Source: Candidatus Margulisiibacteriota bacterium (GTDB taxonomy: Bacteria > Margulisbacteria > WOR-1 > O2-12-FULL-45-9 > XYB2-FULL-48-7). Taken from it: a stretch of 64,000 bases of DNA. Of the stretch, positions 51,606-61,162 are shown in pieces (within the stretch, counting starts at the first letter, position 1; each line of letters opens with the position of its first letter). The translations under genes were made by a program, and so were the position numbers. The notes under the pieces were generated by a model that did no database searches, was not told the DNA's origin, and saw only the letters and a program-made list of their open reading frames with translations. The stretch lies in contig JBAZTH010000001.1 in assembly GCA_041661965.1 (NCBI GenBank), forward strand, positions 159,360-223,359, read 5' to 3'.

Positions 51606-52228
51606 TCAGTATCGGCCTGATCGACGAGACCAAGGTTTTGGTCGAAACGACCGTGGCCGGCGCCCAGTCGGAACGGGTGATCTTCTACGTGAAAGAAGCG
51701 GGGATCGAACCGGAACAGCTCGAAGCGGTCGCCGTGGCGATCGGTCCCGGTTCTTATTCGGGCTTAAGAGGGAGCGTCACCGCCGCCAAATCGCTGGCCC
51801 AGGCTTTAAATATTCCGATCGTGGGGGTCAATACCCTGGAAGCGATCGCTTATAATCTGATCGACATCGAAGGGACGATGGCGGTCGTCCTCGATGCCCG
51901 GGCCGACGAGTACAACTTCGCTTTATTCAGCGCCAAAGGCGGAAAACTCCAGCGGGTGACCAATGATCTGGTGGTTAAACTTGACGCCTTGGTTGAAAAA
52001 TTAAAGAAGATCATCGGTCCGCTTCATTTAGTCGGTAATATTAACGGCTTGAAGGAGCGGGGGTTAGGTGAGAATTTCTTTTTTGCTGAAGAGGCTCACT
52101 CTATTCCTTACGGTCTAAATGTCGCCCGGCTGGGGCTGGAGAAGATCAGGAACGGAGAGCGGGCTGATCTGCTTAAGCTGGCGCCTCATTATTCCCACAA
52201 ACCGAATATCCGCGAGTATCATGATTGA
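51569..52228 (+). CDS. tsaB: tRNA t6A biosynthesis protein TsaB
   Basis: A TsaD-like inactive paralog pattern, including GPGSYSGLRG. Confidence 0.85.
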   Translation: MRLLGISSATKVVSIGLIDETKVLVETTVAGAQSERVIFYVKEAGIEPEQLEAVAVAIGPGSYSGLRGSVTAAKSLAQALNIPIVGVNTLEAIAYNLIDIEGTMAVVLDARADEYNFALFSAKGGKLQRVTNDLVVKLDALVEKLKKIIGPLHLVGNINGLKERGLGENFFFAEEAHSIPYGLNVARLGLEKIRNGERADLLKLAPHYSHKPNIREYHD

Positions 52229-52634
52229 GATAATTCCCTTGAAAGAAAAAGAGATCGCCCAGGTCGTGGCGATCGAGGCGAAATGTTTCCGTTTCCCGAA
52301 ACCGGAATCGATCTTCCGCGAGGATGAACATAAGTATCTGGTCGCGAAAGACGGCAATAAAGTGGTCGGCTACATTGGGATCGAGAAGGTCATCGACGAG
52401 ACCCATATCATTAACATGGCGGTCGATCCCGATTACCGGGGGCAGGGGATCGCGAAACGTCTGATGCAGCATGTCTTAAACGACGAAGATGTCTTTTTCC
52501 TGGAGGTCAGGGCTTCCAACGAGACGGCGAAAAGCGTTTACGAACGGTACGGTTTTAAAGTGATCAGTACCCGGAAACAGTATTATCCTGATAACGAAGA
52601 CGCCCTGGTCATGAGGAGGATCCCATTTGAGTGA
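52221..52634 (+). CDS. rimI: Ribosomal-protein-alanine N-acetyltransferase
   Basis: Start at MIEIIPLKEKEI, overlapping the tsaB stop. The GNAT motif is YRGQGIAKRLM. Confidence 0.85.
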   Translation: MIEIIPLKEKEIAQVVAIEAKCFRFPKPESIFREDEHKYLVAKDGNKVVGYIGIEKVIDETHIINMAVDPDYRGQGIAKRLMQHVLNDEDVFFLEVRASNETAKSVYERYGFKVISTRKQYYPDNEDALVMRRIPFE

Positions 52635-53847
52635 GCTGGTTTAGGATTTCCGCTTTCTTGGCTTCGATCTTGGCTCGAATTTGTTCGGCTTCTTCCGAAG
52701 TTCTCGCGACGACCACGTAGTCTTCGATAAAAGCTTTGCTGGGATCAAGCCCCGCGCCGGAGACTTTAATGCCTATTCTTTCCAATAAATAAAAGGGGAT
52801 AAATTTAAGGCTGACTTCCCGCGCAAAAATATCCGGCTCATCAGGAATTATTGGCGTCGGCGGGAGCAGAATTTCCGGGCAATCCGGCAGGGAACACAGG
52901 GTGGTTATAAATTTCTCTTCTTCGTGACGGTTGGCTGTCTGGCAAACTAACATCAAATCAAGATCGCTGTTCGTTCTGGCTTGGCCGCGGGCGGTGCTGC
53001 CGAATACAATAACTGCCCTGATATTTGGGGCTTGCCCGGCAGCCAAAAAATTGCGGACCAAGTCGATTCTTTTTCTTGATAGTTCTGGCGAAGCGGAAGT
53101 TGCGGGAGAAACGGGCTGGTTTGCTGTTTTTTCTTCTTGAGGAGGAACGCCAAGCGCAATGACATTCCCCCCTCCCAAACCGACATAATTACCGGCCGGG
53201 TCATAATCACAATCCGAGACCATTACGCAGCCTTTTGACACAAGTTCCCGATGCGGCTTGAAAATTTCTTCGGTTTCAGTTGTTCCGATAATTGGTCTGC
53301 CCAAGCCGATCTCTTTATTCCCCTCGACAAAATAAACCCTTAAGTCAAAGTGACGTCTTAATAGAGAGGCCAAAGCGGTGCCAAATAGTTTTACCGCGAG
53401 GGGATCGACACTGGTCGCAATCTCGATCTTTCCCTGGCCATTTACCAATATTTTGTCGAAATTATCTCGCCAACTGGTAGGGCCGTTTGTATTCAGATAA
53501 ACCAAGCTAGCGTCACGGCAAAAACTAAAAAAAGTACCATTATTTTCATGTGCCATTTCAAACGGCTTCCAGAGGTTGGGTTCCCGCACGATCTCCCATG
53601 TTTTACCGTTAATATCTCGCGTCTCGACCTCTCCCAAAATAGAAAGGGGAATTGGAGCCCGAGTGATGCGCGCTGATTCATCCTGATCAGAGGCCCGGAC
53701 AACCCGATTCGAGCGGTCCCAATGGATGACTCCCAGCTCATATCCGCGGCAAGCCGGGAGCCGGTCGTGTTGCCACTGGGGATGTAATGTCTGCTGCGAT
53801 CCGTAACCTTTCCTGTAGATAATTTGGATATTCATAGAATTTATCAC
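52609..53847 (-). CDS. Nucleotidyltransferase-domain fusion protein (unknown ~250-aa N-terminal domain + Pol-beta-type NTase)
   Basis: 412 aa. The NTase signature VIVFGSTARGQARTNSDLDLML lies in the C-terminal half. The GTG start has ATAAAT 7 nt upstream. The 3' end overlaps rimI convergently by 26 nt. Confidence 0.65.
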   Translation of the reverse strand: MINSMNIQIIYRKGYGSQQTLHPQWQHDRLPACRGYELGVIHWDRSNRVVRASDQDESARITRAPIPLSILGEVETRDINGKTWEIVREPNLWKPFEMAHENNGTFFSFCRDASLVYLNTNGPTSWRDNFDKILVNGQGKIEIATSVDPLAVKLFGTALASLLRRHFDLRVYFVEGNKEIGLGRPIIGTTETEEIFKPHRELVSKGCVMVSDCDYDPAGNYVGLGGGNVIALGVPPQEEKTANQPVSPATSASPELSRKRIDLVRNFLAAGQAPNIRAVIVFGSTARGQARTNSDLDLMLVCQTANRHEEEKFITTLCSLPDCPEILLPPTPIIPDEPDIFAREVSLKFIPFYLLERIGIKVSGAGLDPSKAFIEDYVVVARTSEEAEQIRAKIEAKKAEILNQLTQMGSSS

Positions 53848-53904
53848 TGCTCTTATTTATCGTTGGCTGTACTGGTTGATTTCACTTTTTCGGCTATTTT
53901 TTCA

Positions 53905-53913
53905 TGTTATAAT
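53905..53913 (+). promoter_or_regulatory. Extended -10 box, leaderless-type
   Basis: TGTTATAAT lies 7 nt before the metH ATG at 53921. Confidence 0.55.
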
Positions 53914-53920
53914 TTCAATA

Positions 53921-56359
53921 ATGAACAAATTTTTAACCGAGTTGAAGAAGCGGATTCTAGTCATCGACGGCGCCATGGGGACCCAGCTGATGGAGCGGGG
54001 GATCCGGCCGGACGATTGCTTTGACGCCCAAAACCTGAAAAACCCGGAAGCGGTTTATGCCGTCCATAAAGCTTACGCCGAGGCGGGGGCCGACATTCTC
54101 GAAACGAACACCTTTGGCGCCAACCGGATCAAACTGGCCGAGTATGGTTTAGCCGATAAAGTAAAAGAGATCAATGAAGCGGCGGTCAAACTGGCCAGAC
54201 GGGCAATTGGAGAAAATGGTTTTGTTTGCGGTTCGATTGGGCCGATCGGCCAACTTTTGGAACCGATGGGAGGGCTGACTTTTGACCAGGCGGTTGAAAC
54301 CTTTGCCGAGCAGGCCAAAGCGCTGGCCGAGGCCGGAGCTGACCTTATTTGCCTGGAGACGATCTCCGACCTGCAGGAGATGCGCGCCGGGGTGATCGCG
54401 GCCAAAAGCGTGACTAGCCTGCCGATCATCGCCAGCATGACTTACGACGAAGGGGAGACGACGGTCTCTGGCACGACGCCCGAGGCGGCGGCCGTTGTCC
54501 TGCAAGCTCTTGGGGCCGATATCCTTTCCGCCAACTGTTCGGCCGGTCCGGAAGGACTGCTCAAAGTTGCCGAGAGATTGTTGAAAGTGACCAACCTGCC
54601 GGTCATGATCATGCCGAACGCCGGAATGCCGGTCTTGGAGAACGGTAAAGCGGTCTACAAGATGACCCCGGAAGAATTTGCCAAACATCTGACGAAAGCC
54701 TTCAAACTCGGCATTAGTATCGTCGGTGGTTGTTGCGGCACGAACCCTAGGCACATAAAAGCGTTGAAGACGGCCCTCACCCCCGACCCCTCTCCCTCTG
54801 GGAGAGGGGTGGAGCGTAGCGACGGGGTGAGGGCTGTTCGTTTTTCCAGCCGGACCAAGATGATCGCGCCGGACGGTTTTATCGCCGTCGGGGAGAAGAT
54901 CAATCCGACCGGACGGAAACTCTTCCGGGAAGAGCTCAAGGCGGGTAAATTTAAAATTGTTCGGGCGGAAGCGGAGAACCAGACCAAACATGGGGCGACT
55001 CTGCTTGACGTCAACGTTTCGGTCGCTAAGATCGACGATGTCGCCGCGATGAAACAGGCGGTGATCATCGCGTCGACCGCTTCGCAGCAGCCTTTGTCGA
55101 TCGACAGCCCCAATCCGGCGGCGCTGGAAGCCGGGCTGAAAGCCTTTTGCGGCCGGGGGTTGGTCAATTCAGTTAATGGTAAAGAAGAAAGCCTGAAAAC
55201 AATTATTCCGCTGGCGAAAAAATACGGCGCCGCGCTGATCGGCCTGGTCCTCGACGACCAGGGGATACCGGAAACCGTCGACCAGAAAGTGGCGATCGCC
55301 GGGAAGATTATCAAAGCGACCGACGCGGCCGGGATCCCGCGCGATCAGGTCTTTATTGATAATCTGGCGATGACGGTCGGGGTCGGGATCAAAGGAGCGT
55401 TGGACACTTTGGCCGCTATCCCGATCGTTAAAGAGAAGTTTGGCGTCAGGACGATCCTGGGGGTGAGCAATGTTTCGCATGGGATGCCGAACCGCTCTAA
55501 ACTTAATAATCTCTATTTGAAACTCTGCCTGCTTAATGGCCTTGATGCCGGGATCGTCGATATTACCGATCCGGCGACGAAAGAGGCGATTGAATTTGCC
55601 GCCAAGATAAAAGGGAAGGCTAAGGCGGAGGCCGAGGTTAAGTTGCTTGAGGAATTTAAGCGAGCGGCGGAGGAGAAGGGGGAAGCGGAACAGCGGGATA
55701 CGAGCGCCAGCGCGGTTAAGCAGTATCCGGAAACGCTCGGCGGGATCGAAGCGGCGGTGATCGAAGGGGACAACGAGATAGTTGTCGATCTGACCGCAAA
55801 ACTGCTGGCTAAAGGCGAAGCGCCGCAAAAGATCATCGATCAGGCGCTGGTCAAAGGGATGGAAAAGGTCGGGAAAGACTTCTCGGCCAAGAAAATCTTT
55901 CTGCCGCAAGTCATGGCTTCGGCCGAAGCGATGAAGGCCGGTTTCGCGATCTGCAAGGAACGGATCCCGGCGGGGGAAGTCAGGAAGGTCGGCAAGGTTA
56001 TTTTGGCGACGGTCAAGGGGGATGTCCACGATATCGGCAAAAACATCGTCAAAATGATGCTGGAGAACCACGGGTTTGAAGTCCTGGATTTGGGGAAAGA
56101 TGTTCCGTCCGAGACGATCCTGATCACCGCAAAACGGGAAAAGCCAAACGCCATCTGTCTTTCCGCTCTTCTGACGACGACGATGGTCGAGATGGAGCAG
56201 GTCGGCAAAGAGCTGAAAAAAGCCGGGCTTGATATTCCGATCATGGTTGGCGGGGCGGTCGTGACCGACGATTATGCCGAAGAGATCGGGGCCTTCTACA
56301 GCGCCGACGCGGTCGGGGCGGTTGACTTGGCGAAAAGATTGATCAAAAAGATCGGTTAA
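53921..56359 (+). CDS. metH: Methionine synthase, short form (Hcy-binding + pterin-binding + B12-binding, no activation domain)
   Basis: Start at MNKFLTEL with TGTTATAAT-N7-ATG upstream. Contains VIDGAMGTQL and GGCCGT, and the B12 motif DVHDIGKNIV. Confidence 0.92.
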   Translation: MNKFLTELKKRILVIDGAMGTQLMERGIRPDDCFDAQNLKNPEAVYAVHKAYAEAGADILETNTFGANRIKLAEYGLADKVKEINEAAVKLARRAIGENGFVCGSIGPIGQLLEPMGGLTFDQAVETFAEQAKALAEAGADLICLETISDLQEMRAGVIAAKSVTSLPIIASMTYDEGETTVSGTTPEAAAVVLQALGADILSANCSAGPEGLLKVAERLLKVTNLPVMIMPNAGMPVLENGKAVYKMTPEEFAKHLTKAFKLGISIVGGCCGTNPRHIKALKTALTPDPSPSGRGVERSDGVRAVRFSSRTKMIAPDGFIAVGEKINPTGRKLFREELKAGKFKIVRAEAENQTKHGATLLDVNVSVAKIDDVAAMKQAVIIASTASQQPLSIDSPNPAALEAGLKAFCGRGLVNSVNGKEESLKTIIPLAKKYGAALIGLVLDDQGIPETVDQKVAIAGKIIKATDAAGIPRDQVFIDNLAMTVGVGIKGALDTLAAIPIVKEKFGVRTILGVSNVSHGMPNRSKLNNLYLKLCLLNGLDAGIVDITDPATKEAIEFAAKIKGKAKAEAEVKLLEEFKRAAEEKGEAEQRDTSASAVKQYPETLGGIEAAVIEGDNEIVVDLTAKLLAKGEAPQKIIDQALVKGMEKVGKDFSAKKIFLPQVMASAEAMKAGFAICKERIPAGEVRKVGKVILATVKGDVHDIGKNIVKMMLENHGFEVLDLGKDVPSETILITAKREKPNAICLSALLTTTMVEMEQVGKELKKAGLDIPIMVGGAVVTDDYAEEIGAFYSADAVGAVDLAKRLIKKIG
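54774..54833. repeat. 60-nt nested palindrome inserted in frame in metH
   Basis: The outer arms are CCCTCACCCCG / CGGGGTGAGGG. The inner arms are CCCCTCTCCC / GGGAGAGGGG. Confidence 0.85.
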
Positions 56360-56422
56360 TTAGTCGTTAGACATCTTAGTTAGCAATTGGTAAAATTAGG
56401 CCGTTCAAACGGGAGGGACATA

Positions 56423-57211
56423 ATGGACAGGTTCAAGATCCTCGTTTTGATCACGGTCCTGCTTGTTGGCGCCGCTTTCGGCTGGTATTTTTACCAGCAG
56501 AAGCACAACGGGAAGTTGACCGCCTCCGGCACGATCGAAGGGACCGAAGTGACGGTCAGCAGTAAAGTGACCGGAAAAGTTTCCGTGATCCTGGTCGACG
56601 AAGGGTTGACCGTCAACGAGGGGGATGTTCTGGCTTCGATCGAAGCCGAAGAATTGGGGGAAGCCCTAAAAAGCGCCCAGGCCCGCTACAAGATCGCCAA
56701 AGATGATTTAGATCGCAGCCAACAGCTCTACCGCGATCGGATGATCAGCCAACAGCAGTACGAAGGGGCCGGGTCCTCCCTTGATATCGCCGCTGCCGCG
56801 TTGGAAATAGCCAGGCTCCAAGTTGAGAATACCACCATCACCGCGCCGATCTCCGGAATCGTCCTGGTCAAAGCGATCGAGCGGGGAGAACTGGCGACGA
56901 TCGGTTCGCCGATCGCCACCCTGGCCGACCTGACTAAAGTCAAACTGACCGTTTACTTGCCGGAACAAAACATCGGTCAGGTTAATTTGGGCGAAGAAGT
57001 GAAAATATCGGTCGATTCTTTTCCCGGCGCAATCTTTGCCGGTCGGGTCGTTTATATCTCGGACCGGGCTGAATTTACCCCTAAATCGATCCAGACCAAA
57101 GAGGAGCGGACGACCCAGGTCTTCGCGATCAGGATCGAGATCCCCAACCCGGAACTTAAACTTAAGCCCGGGATGCCGGCGGACGCCGAGTTTCCATGGA
57201 CTTCGCGATAA
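56423..57211 (+). CDS. HlyD-family periplasmic adaptor (YbhG-like)
   Basis: A GGGAGGG SD lies upstream. The protein has a TM anchor, a coiled-coil hairpin and a beta-barrel region. Confidence 0.85.
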   Translation: MDRFKILVLITVLLVGAAFGWYFYQQKHNGKLTASGTIEGTEVTVSSKVTGKVSVILVDEGLTVNEGDVLASIEAEELGEALKSAQARYKIAKDDLDRSQQLYRDRMISQQQYEGAGSSLDIAAAALEIARLQVENTTITAPISGIVLVKAIERGELATIGSPIATLADLTKVKLTVYLPEQNIGQVNLGEEVKISVDSFPGAIFAGRVVYISDRAEFTPKSIQTKEERTTQVFAIRIEIPNPELKLKPGMPADAEFPWTSR

Positions 57212-57921
57212 CGACCAGCGGCCTGACAAAAAAATTCAACGGGCTGACCGCGGTTTCAAGCCTTGATCTGCAGGTTCGCTCCGGCGAGATTTTCGGCTTG
57301 GTCGGTCCCGACGGGGCCGGCAAGACCACCACTTTGCGGATGCTCTCGACCGCCATGGAGCAGTCGGATGGCGAGGCGCTGATCCTCGGCCTTAACGTGA
57401 AGACCGACGAAGAGCGGATCCGCGATAAGATCGGTTACATGCCCCAGCGTTTCAGCCTTTACCCCGATTTAACGGTTGATGAGAACATCGATTTTTACGC
57501 CGAGATCTACCAGGTGAAAAAAAGCGAGCTTCTGCCCCGCAAAAAACGATTGCTGGAATTTACCAACCTGGCGCCGTTCATCAAACGGCGCGGGGGCCAG
57601 TTGTCCGGCGGGATGCAAAAGAAGCTGGGCCTGGCTTGCAACCTGATCCACACGCCGGAAGTTCTCTTCCTTGATGAACCGACGACCGGGGTCGATCCAA
57701 TCTCCCGGCGGGAGTTCTGGCGGATCCTTTACGGCTTGAGCGGCGTGACCATTATAGTTTCGACTCCTTACATGGACGAGGCGGAACGCTGTAATCGGGT
57801 CGGCCTCATCCGGGAAGGGCGGCTGCTGGTCTGCGACACCCCGGCGGAAGTTAAGCGCCGGGCCGGGGCCAAGACTTTGGAAGAGGCTTTTATCAATCTG
57901 GTTGAGGGGGCCGCGAAATGA
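57196..57921 (+). CDS. ABC transporter ATP-binding protein
   Basis: Contains the Walker A GPDGAGKTT, the signature LSGGMQKK and the Walker B LFLDEP. Confidence 0.9.
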   Translation: MDFAITTSGLTKKFNGLTAVSSLDLQVRSGEIFGLVGPDGAGKTTTLRMLSTAMEQSDGEALILGLNVKTDEERIRDKIGYMPQRFSLYPDLTVDENIDFYAEIYQVKKSELLPRKKRLLEFTNLAPFIKRRGGQLSGGMQKKLGLACNLIHTPEVLFLDEPTTGVDPISRREFWRILYGLSGVTIIVSTPYMDEAERCNRVGLIREGRLLVCDTPAEVKRRAGAKTLEEAFINLVEGAAK

Positions 57922-58871
57922 GCGGCCCGGCGATCGAAGTCAAGGGGCTAAGCAAAAGATTCGGTTCTTTTACAGCGGTCGACACCATCAACTTTGACGT
58001 TAAGAAAGGCGAAATTTTCGGCTTCCTTGGGCCGAACGGCGCCGGTAAGACGACGACGATCCGGATGCTTTGCGGCTTGGTGACGCCGACCGGGGGGGAG
58101 GGGTTGGTTGGGGGGCTGGATATCCGGCGGCAGGGGGAAAAGATCAAGGAAAATATTGGCTATATGTCGCAGAAGTTTTCCCTTTACGATGACCTGACGG
58201 TCGGCGAGAACATCGATTTTTACGCCGGGATCTATCAGACTAAAAAAGAGACCCGGGCGGCCAAGAAGCGGTCGATTGTCGAACAGGCCGAACTGATCGG
58301 CAAAGAACGAGTTTTGACCGCGAATCTGGCCACCTCCATTAAACAACATTTGGCGCTGGGGTGCGCCCTGATCCATGAGCCGAGGATCGTTTTTCTCGAC
58401 GAACCGACCGCCGGCGTCGATCCGCTTTCCCGGCGCAAGTTTTGGAATATTATTGATAATCTTTCCGCTCAAGGAGTGACGACGCTGGTCACCACCCATT
58501 ACATGGACGAAGCGGAACGCTGCGATCGGATCGCTTTGATCAGCGATGGTCGGATCATCGCCTGCGATACGCCGGCGAAGCTGAAGAGCACGGCGATGAA
58601 AGGGGTGCTCCTGGAGATCGAGTGCGACGACGTCATGGCGGGGTTGGAGGTCATAAGGGGGCGGCCGATAATCCTCGACCTGACCCTCTACGGACTTTTT
58701 CTCCACGTCGTGGTGGAAAAAGAGAGCCAGGGGGCCGAATTGCGTGAAGTTTTGGTTAAAAATAAGATCGAGGTCCGGCGGATCGAGAAGATCATCCCGT
58801 CCTTGGAAGATGTCTTTGTTTTTATGGTCGAAGAGCAGGCCAGAAATAAAGCGCGGGGGGCCGGGCAATGA
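57918..58871 (+). CDS. ABC transporter ATP-binding protein (second NBD gene)
   Basis: Contains the Walker A GPNGAGKTT and the Walker B VFLDEP, plus a C-terminal accessory domain. Confidence 0.9.
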   Translation: MSGPAIEVKGLSKRFGSFTAVDTINFDVKKGEIFGFLGPNGAGKTTTIRMLCGLVTPTGGEGLVGGLDIRRQGEKIKENIGYMSQKFSLYDDLTVGENIDFYAGIYQTKKETRAAKKRSIVEQAELIGKERVLTANLATSIKQHLALGCALIHEPRIVFLDEPTAGVDPLSRRKFWNIIDNLSAQGVTTLVTTHYMDEAERCDRIALISDGRIIACDTPAKLKSTAMKGVLLEIECDDVMAGLEVIRGRPIILDLTLYGLFLHVVVEKESQGAELREVLVKNKIEVRRIEKIIPSLEDVFVFMVEEQARNKARGAGQ

Positions 58872-60001
58872 TCAAACGATTGCTGCCGATCATGAAAAAG
58901 GAGTTCCGGCACCTGATCCGCGATCCGCGTTCGCTGGCGATCACGTTTTTTATGCCGGTCGTTCTGCTTTTCCTCTACAGCTACGCGGTCTCCTTTGACG
59001 TTAAGAACATTCCGACGGCGGTCTTCGACCAGGACCGGACCCCGGTCAGCCGCGATTTTATCGCCCGTTTCGCCAACAGCGGCTATTTCAATATTGAAGA
59101 ATATTTGACCTCGGCCGGACAGTTCGGCGACCGCCTGGATCGGGGGCAAACCAAAGTCATCATTAATATCCCGCCCCGGTTCGGGGCCAAAGTCCAGGCG
59201 GGGGAAAAGGCCGAACTTCAGGTCTTGGTCGACGGGGCCGACCCGACCTGGGCCTCGTCGGCGATCGGTTACGTCAACGGGATCGCGCTGGAGTATTCCC
59301 AGGGCTTGATCGCTCCGATCCTGATCAAGCGGGGGATAAGGGGGCGGCTTGCCCAGCCGATCGAGCTGGTCTCGCGGATCTGGTACAACGAAACATTGCG
59401 CAGCCTCAATTTTTATCTCCCCGGCCTGATCTGTATCATTTTAATGCAAATGGCGGCGATCCTGACCTCTTTGACCATTGTTTCCGAAAAAGAACAGGGG
59501 ACGCTGGAAGGGTTGGTGGTCAGTCCGGTCCGGAAAAACGAACTGATGCTGGGTAAAGTCATCCCTTACGTCGTCATCGCTTTTTTTGATATCATGATGA
59601 TCACCGCCCTCGGGGTCTTTTGGTTCAAAGTCCCGCTCAAAGGCGATTTTTTTCTGTTGATCGTCAGTTCCTTCATTTTTCTGGTCGGCGCCATGGCGAT
59701 TGGCGTCATGGTCTCGACGATCGCCAAGACCAGCCAGGAGGCGATGCAGGTCGCGACTTTCGCGACGATGCTTCCGTCGCTGCTCCTGTCCGGTTTTATT
59801 TTTCCAATTGAAAATATGCCCTGGCTTCTTCAGGGGATATCGTACCTGATACCGGCCCGGTACTATTTGCGCATCCTGCGCGATCTTTTCCTTAAAGGGG
59901 TCGGGATAAGCTCTTTTTGGCCCGACCTTTTGGGGCTGGCCGTTCTTTCGTTCGTTTTTATGTTTATCAGTGTCCGGCTTTTTAAAAAGAGGATTGAATG
60001 A
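58868..60001 (+). CDS. ABC-2 type transporter permease (YbhS/YbhR-like)
   Basis: 377 aa with an N-terminal TM segment, a large periplasmic loop and a C-terminal 5-TM ABC-2 domain. Confidence 0.88.
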   Translation: MIKRLLPIMKKEFRHLIRDPRSLAITFFMPVVLLFLYSYAVSFDVKNIPTAVFDQDRTPVSRDFIARFANSGYFNIEEYLTSAGQFGDRLDRGQTKVIINIPPRFGAKVQAGEKAELQVLVDGADPTWASSAIGYVNGIALEYSQGLIAPILIKRGIRGRLAQPIELVSRIWYNETLRSLNFYLPGLICIILMQMAAILTSLTIVSEKEQGTLEGLVVSPVRKNELMLGKVIPYVVIAFFDIMMITALGVFWFKVPLKGDFFLLIVSSFIFLVGAMAIGVMVSTIAKTSQEAMQVATFATMLPSLLLSGFIFPIENMPWLLQGISYLIPARYYLRILRDLFLKGVGISSFWPDLLGLAVLSFVFMFISVRLFKKRIE

Positions 60002-61125
60002 TGTTCGACGGCCGTTTGTTCCATTTCATCAAAAAAGAATTTATCCAGCTGCTGCGGGATCCGCGCATGCTTTTTGTCGCCGTCATGTCCCCGCTCGTCC
60101 AGCTGACCGTTTTCGGCTACATCGCTTCGCTCGACATCAAGCATATCTCGACCGCGGTCTTTGACGAGGACCGCTCCGTCTACAGCCGGCAATATCTCGA
60201 CAGCTATAAGAACTCCGGTTATTTCGACCTGAATTATTACGTCGATGATCAGCGGACGATGGTTTCGCTGCTTGATGACGGGCGCGTCAAACTTGCCCTG
60301 CGCGTGCCGCCCGGTTTCGGCCGGAAGGTGGTCCGGGGAGAGACGGCGGCCGTCCAGGCCGTTCTCGACGGCTCGAACTCTTCGACCGCCGCGGTCATTC
60401 AGGGGTACATCGGCCAGATCAATTTTAACAACGTCGCCGCGATTCTGGGCCGGCGTTACGGTCTGTCGCCCGGCGATCTCGAGCCGGTCGACTTGAACCA
60501 AAGGATCTGGTACAACCCGGAGCTGAAAAGCCGGAATTACATGGTCCCGGCCTTGTTCGCGCTGGTCCTGATGATGATCAGCATGATCCTGACTTCCAAT
60601 TCGATCGTTAAGGAAAAGGAGCACGGAACGATGGAGATGCTGGCGGTCACGCCGCTCCGCTCCTATGAATTGATCCTTGGCAAGATCCTGCCGTTCGCGA
60701 TCGTTTCTTTCCTCGATATTTTACTGGTCTTCCTGGTCGTGACTCTCTGGTTCGGCATTATGTTGAAAGGGAGCGTTTGGCTTCTCTTTGCTCTGGCGAC
60801 CTTGTTCATGGCGACCAACCTGGGGCTTGGGGTTTTTATTTCCACCGTTTCCCAGACCCAGCGCCAGGCGATGATGACCATTACTTCCGTCATGGCGCCG
60901 CAATTCATTCTGTCCGGGTTCGTTTTCCCGATCGCTAATATGCCGCCGGTCGTCCAGGCGATAACTTATCTGGTTCCGTTAAGATATTTTCTGGAGATCG
61001 TTCGCGGGTTATTTCTGAAAGGAGTCGGCTTTTCATATTTGTGGAATGATGTTTGGCCGCTCTTTGTCTTTGCCGTGGTCATTCTCGGCTTAAGCATCGT
61101 CCGCTTCAAAAAAAAGATAGAATAA
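59998..61125 (+). CDS. ABC-2 type transporter permease (YbhS/YbhR-like)
   Basis: A paralog of the previous gene, with a 4-nt start/stop overlap. Confidence 0.88.
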   Translation: MMFDGRLFHFIKKEFIQLLRDPRMLFVAVMSPLVQLTVFGYIASLDIKHISTAVFDEDRSVYSRQYLDSYKNSGYFDLNYYVDDQRTMVSLLDDGRVKLALRVPPGFGRKVVRGETAAVQAVLDGSNSSTAAVIQGYIGQINFNNVAAILGRRYGLSPGDLEPVDLNQRIWYNPELKSRNYMVPALFALVLMMISMILTSNSIVKEKEHGTMEMLAVTPLRSYELILGKILPFAIVSFLDILLVFLVVTLWFGIMLKGSVWLLFALATLFMATNLGLGVFISTVSQTQRQAMMTITSVMAPQFILSGFVFPIANMPPVVQAITYLVPLRYFLEIVRGLFLKGVGFSYLWNDVWPLFVFAVVILGLSIVRFKKKIE

Positions 61126-61162
61126 TTGCATTTAACGGTCAATATTGTAAAATAATGATATT

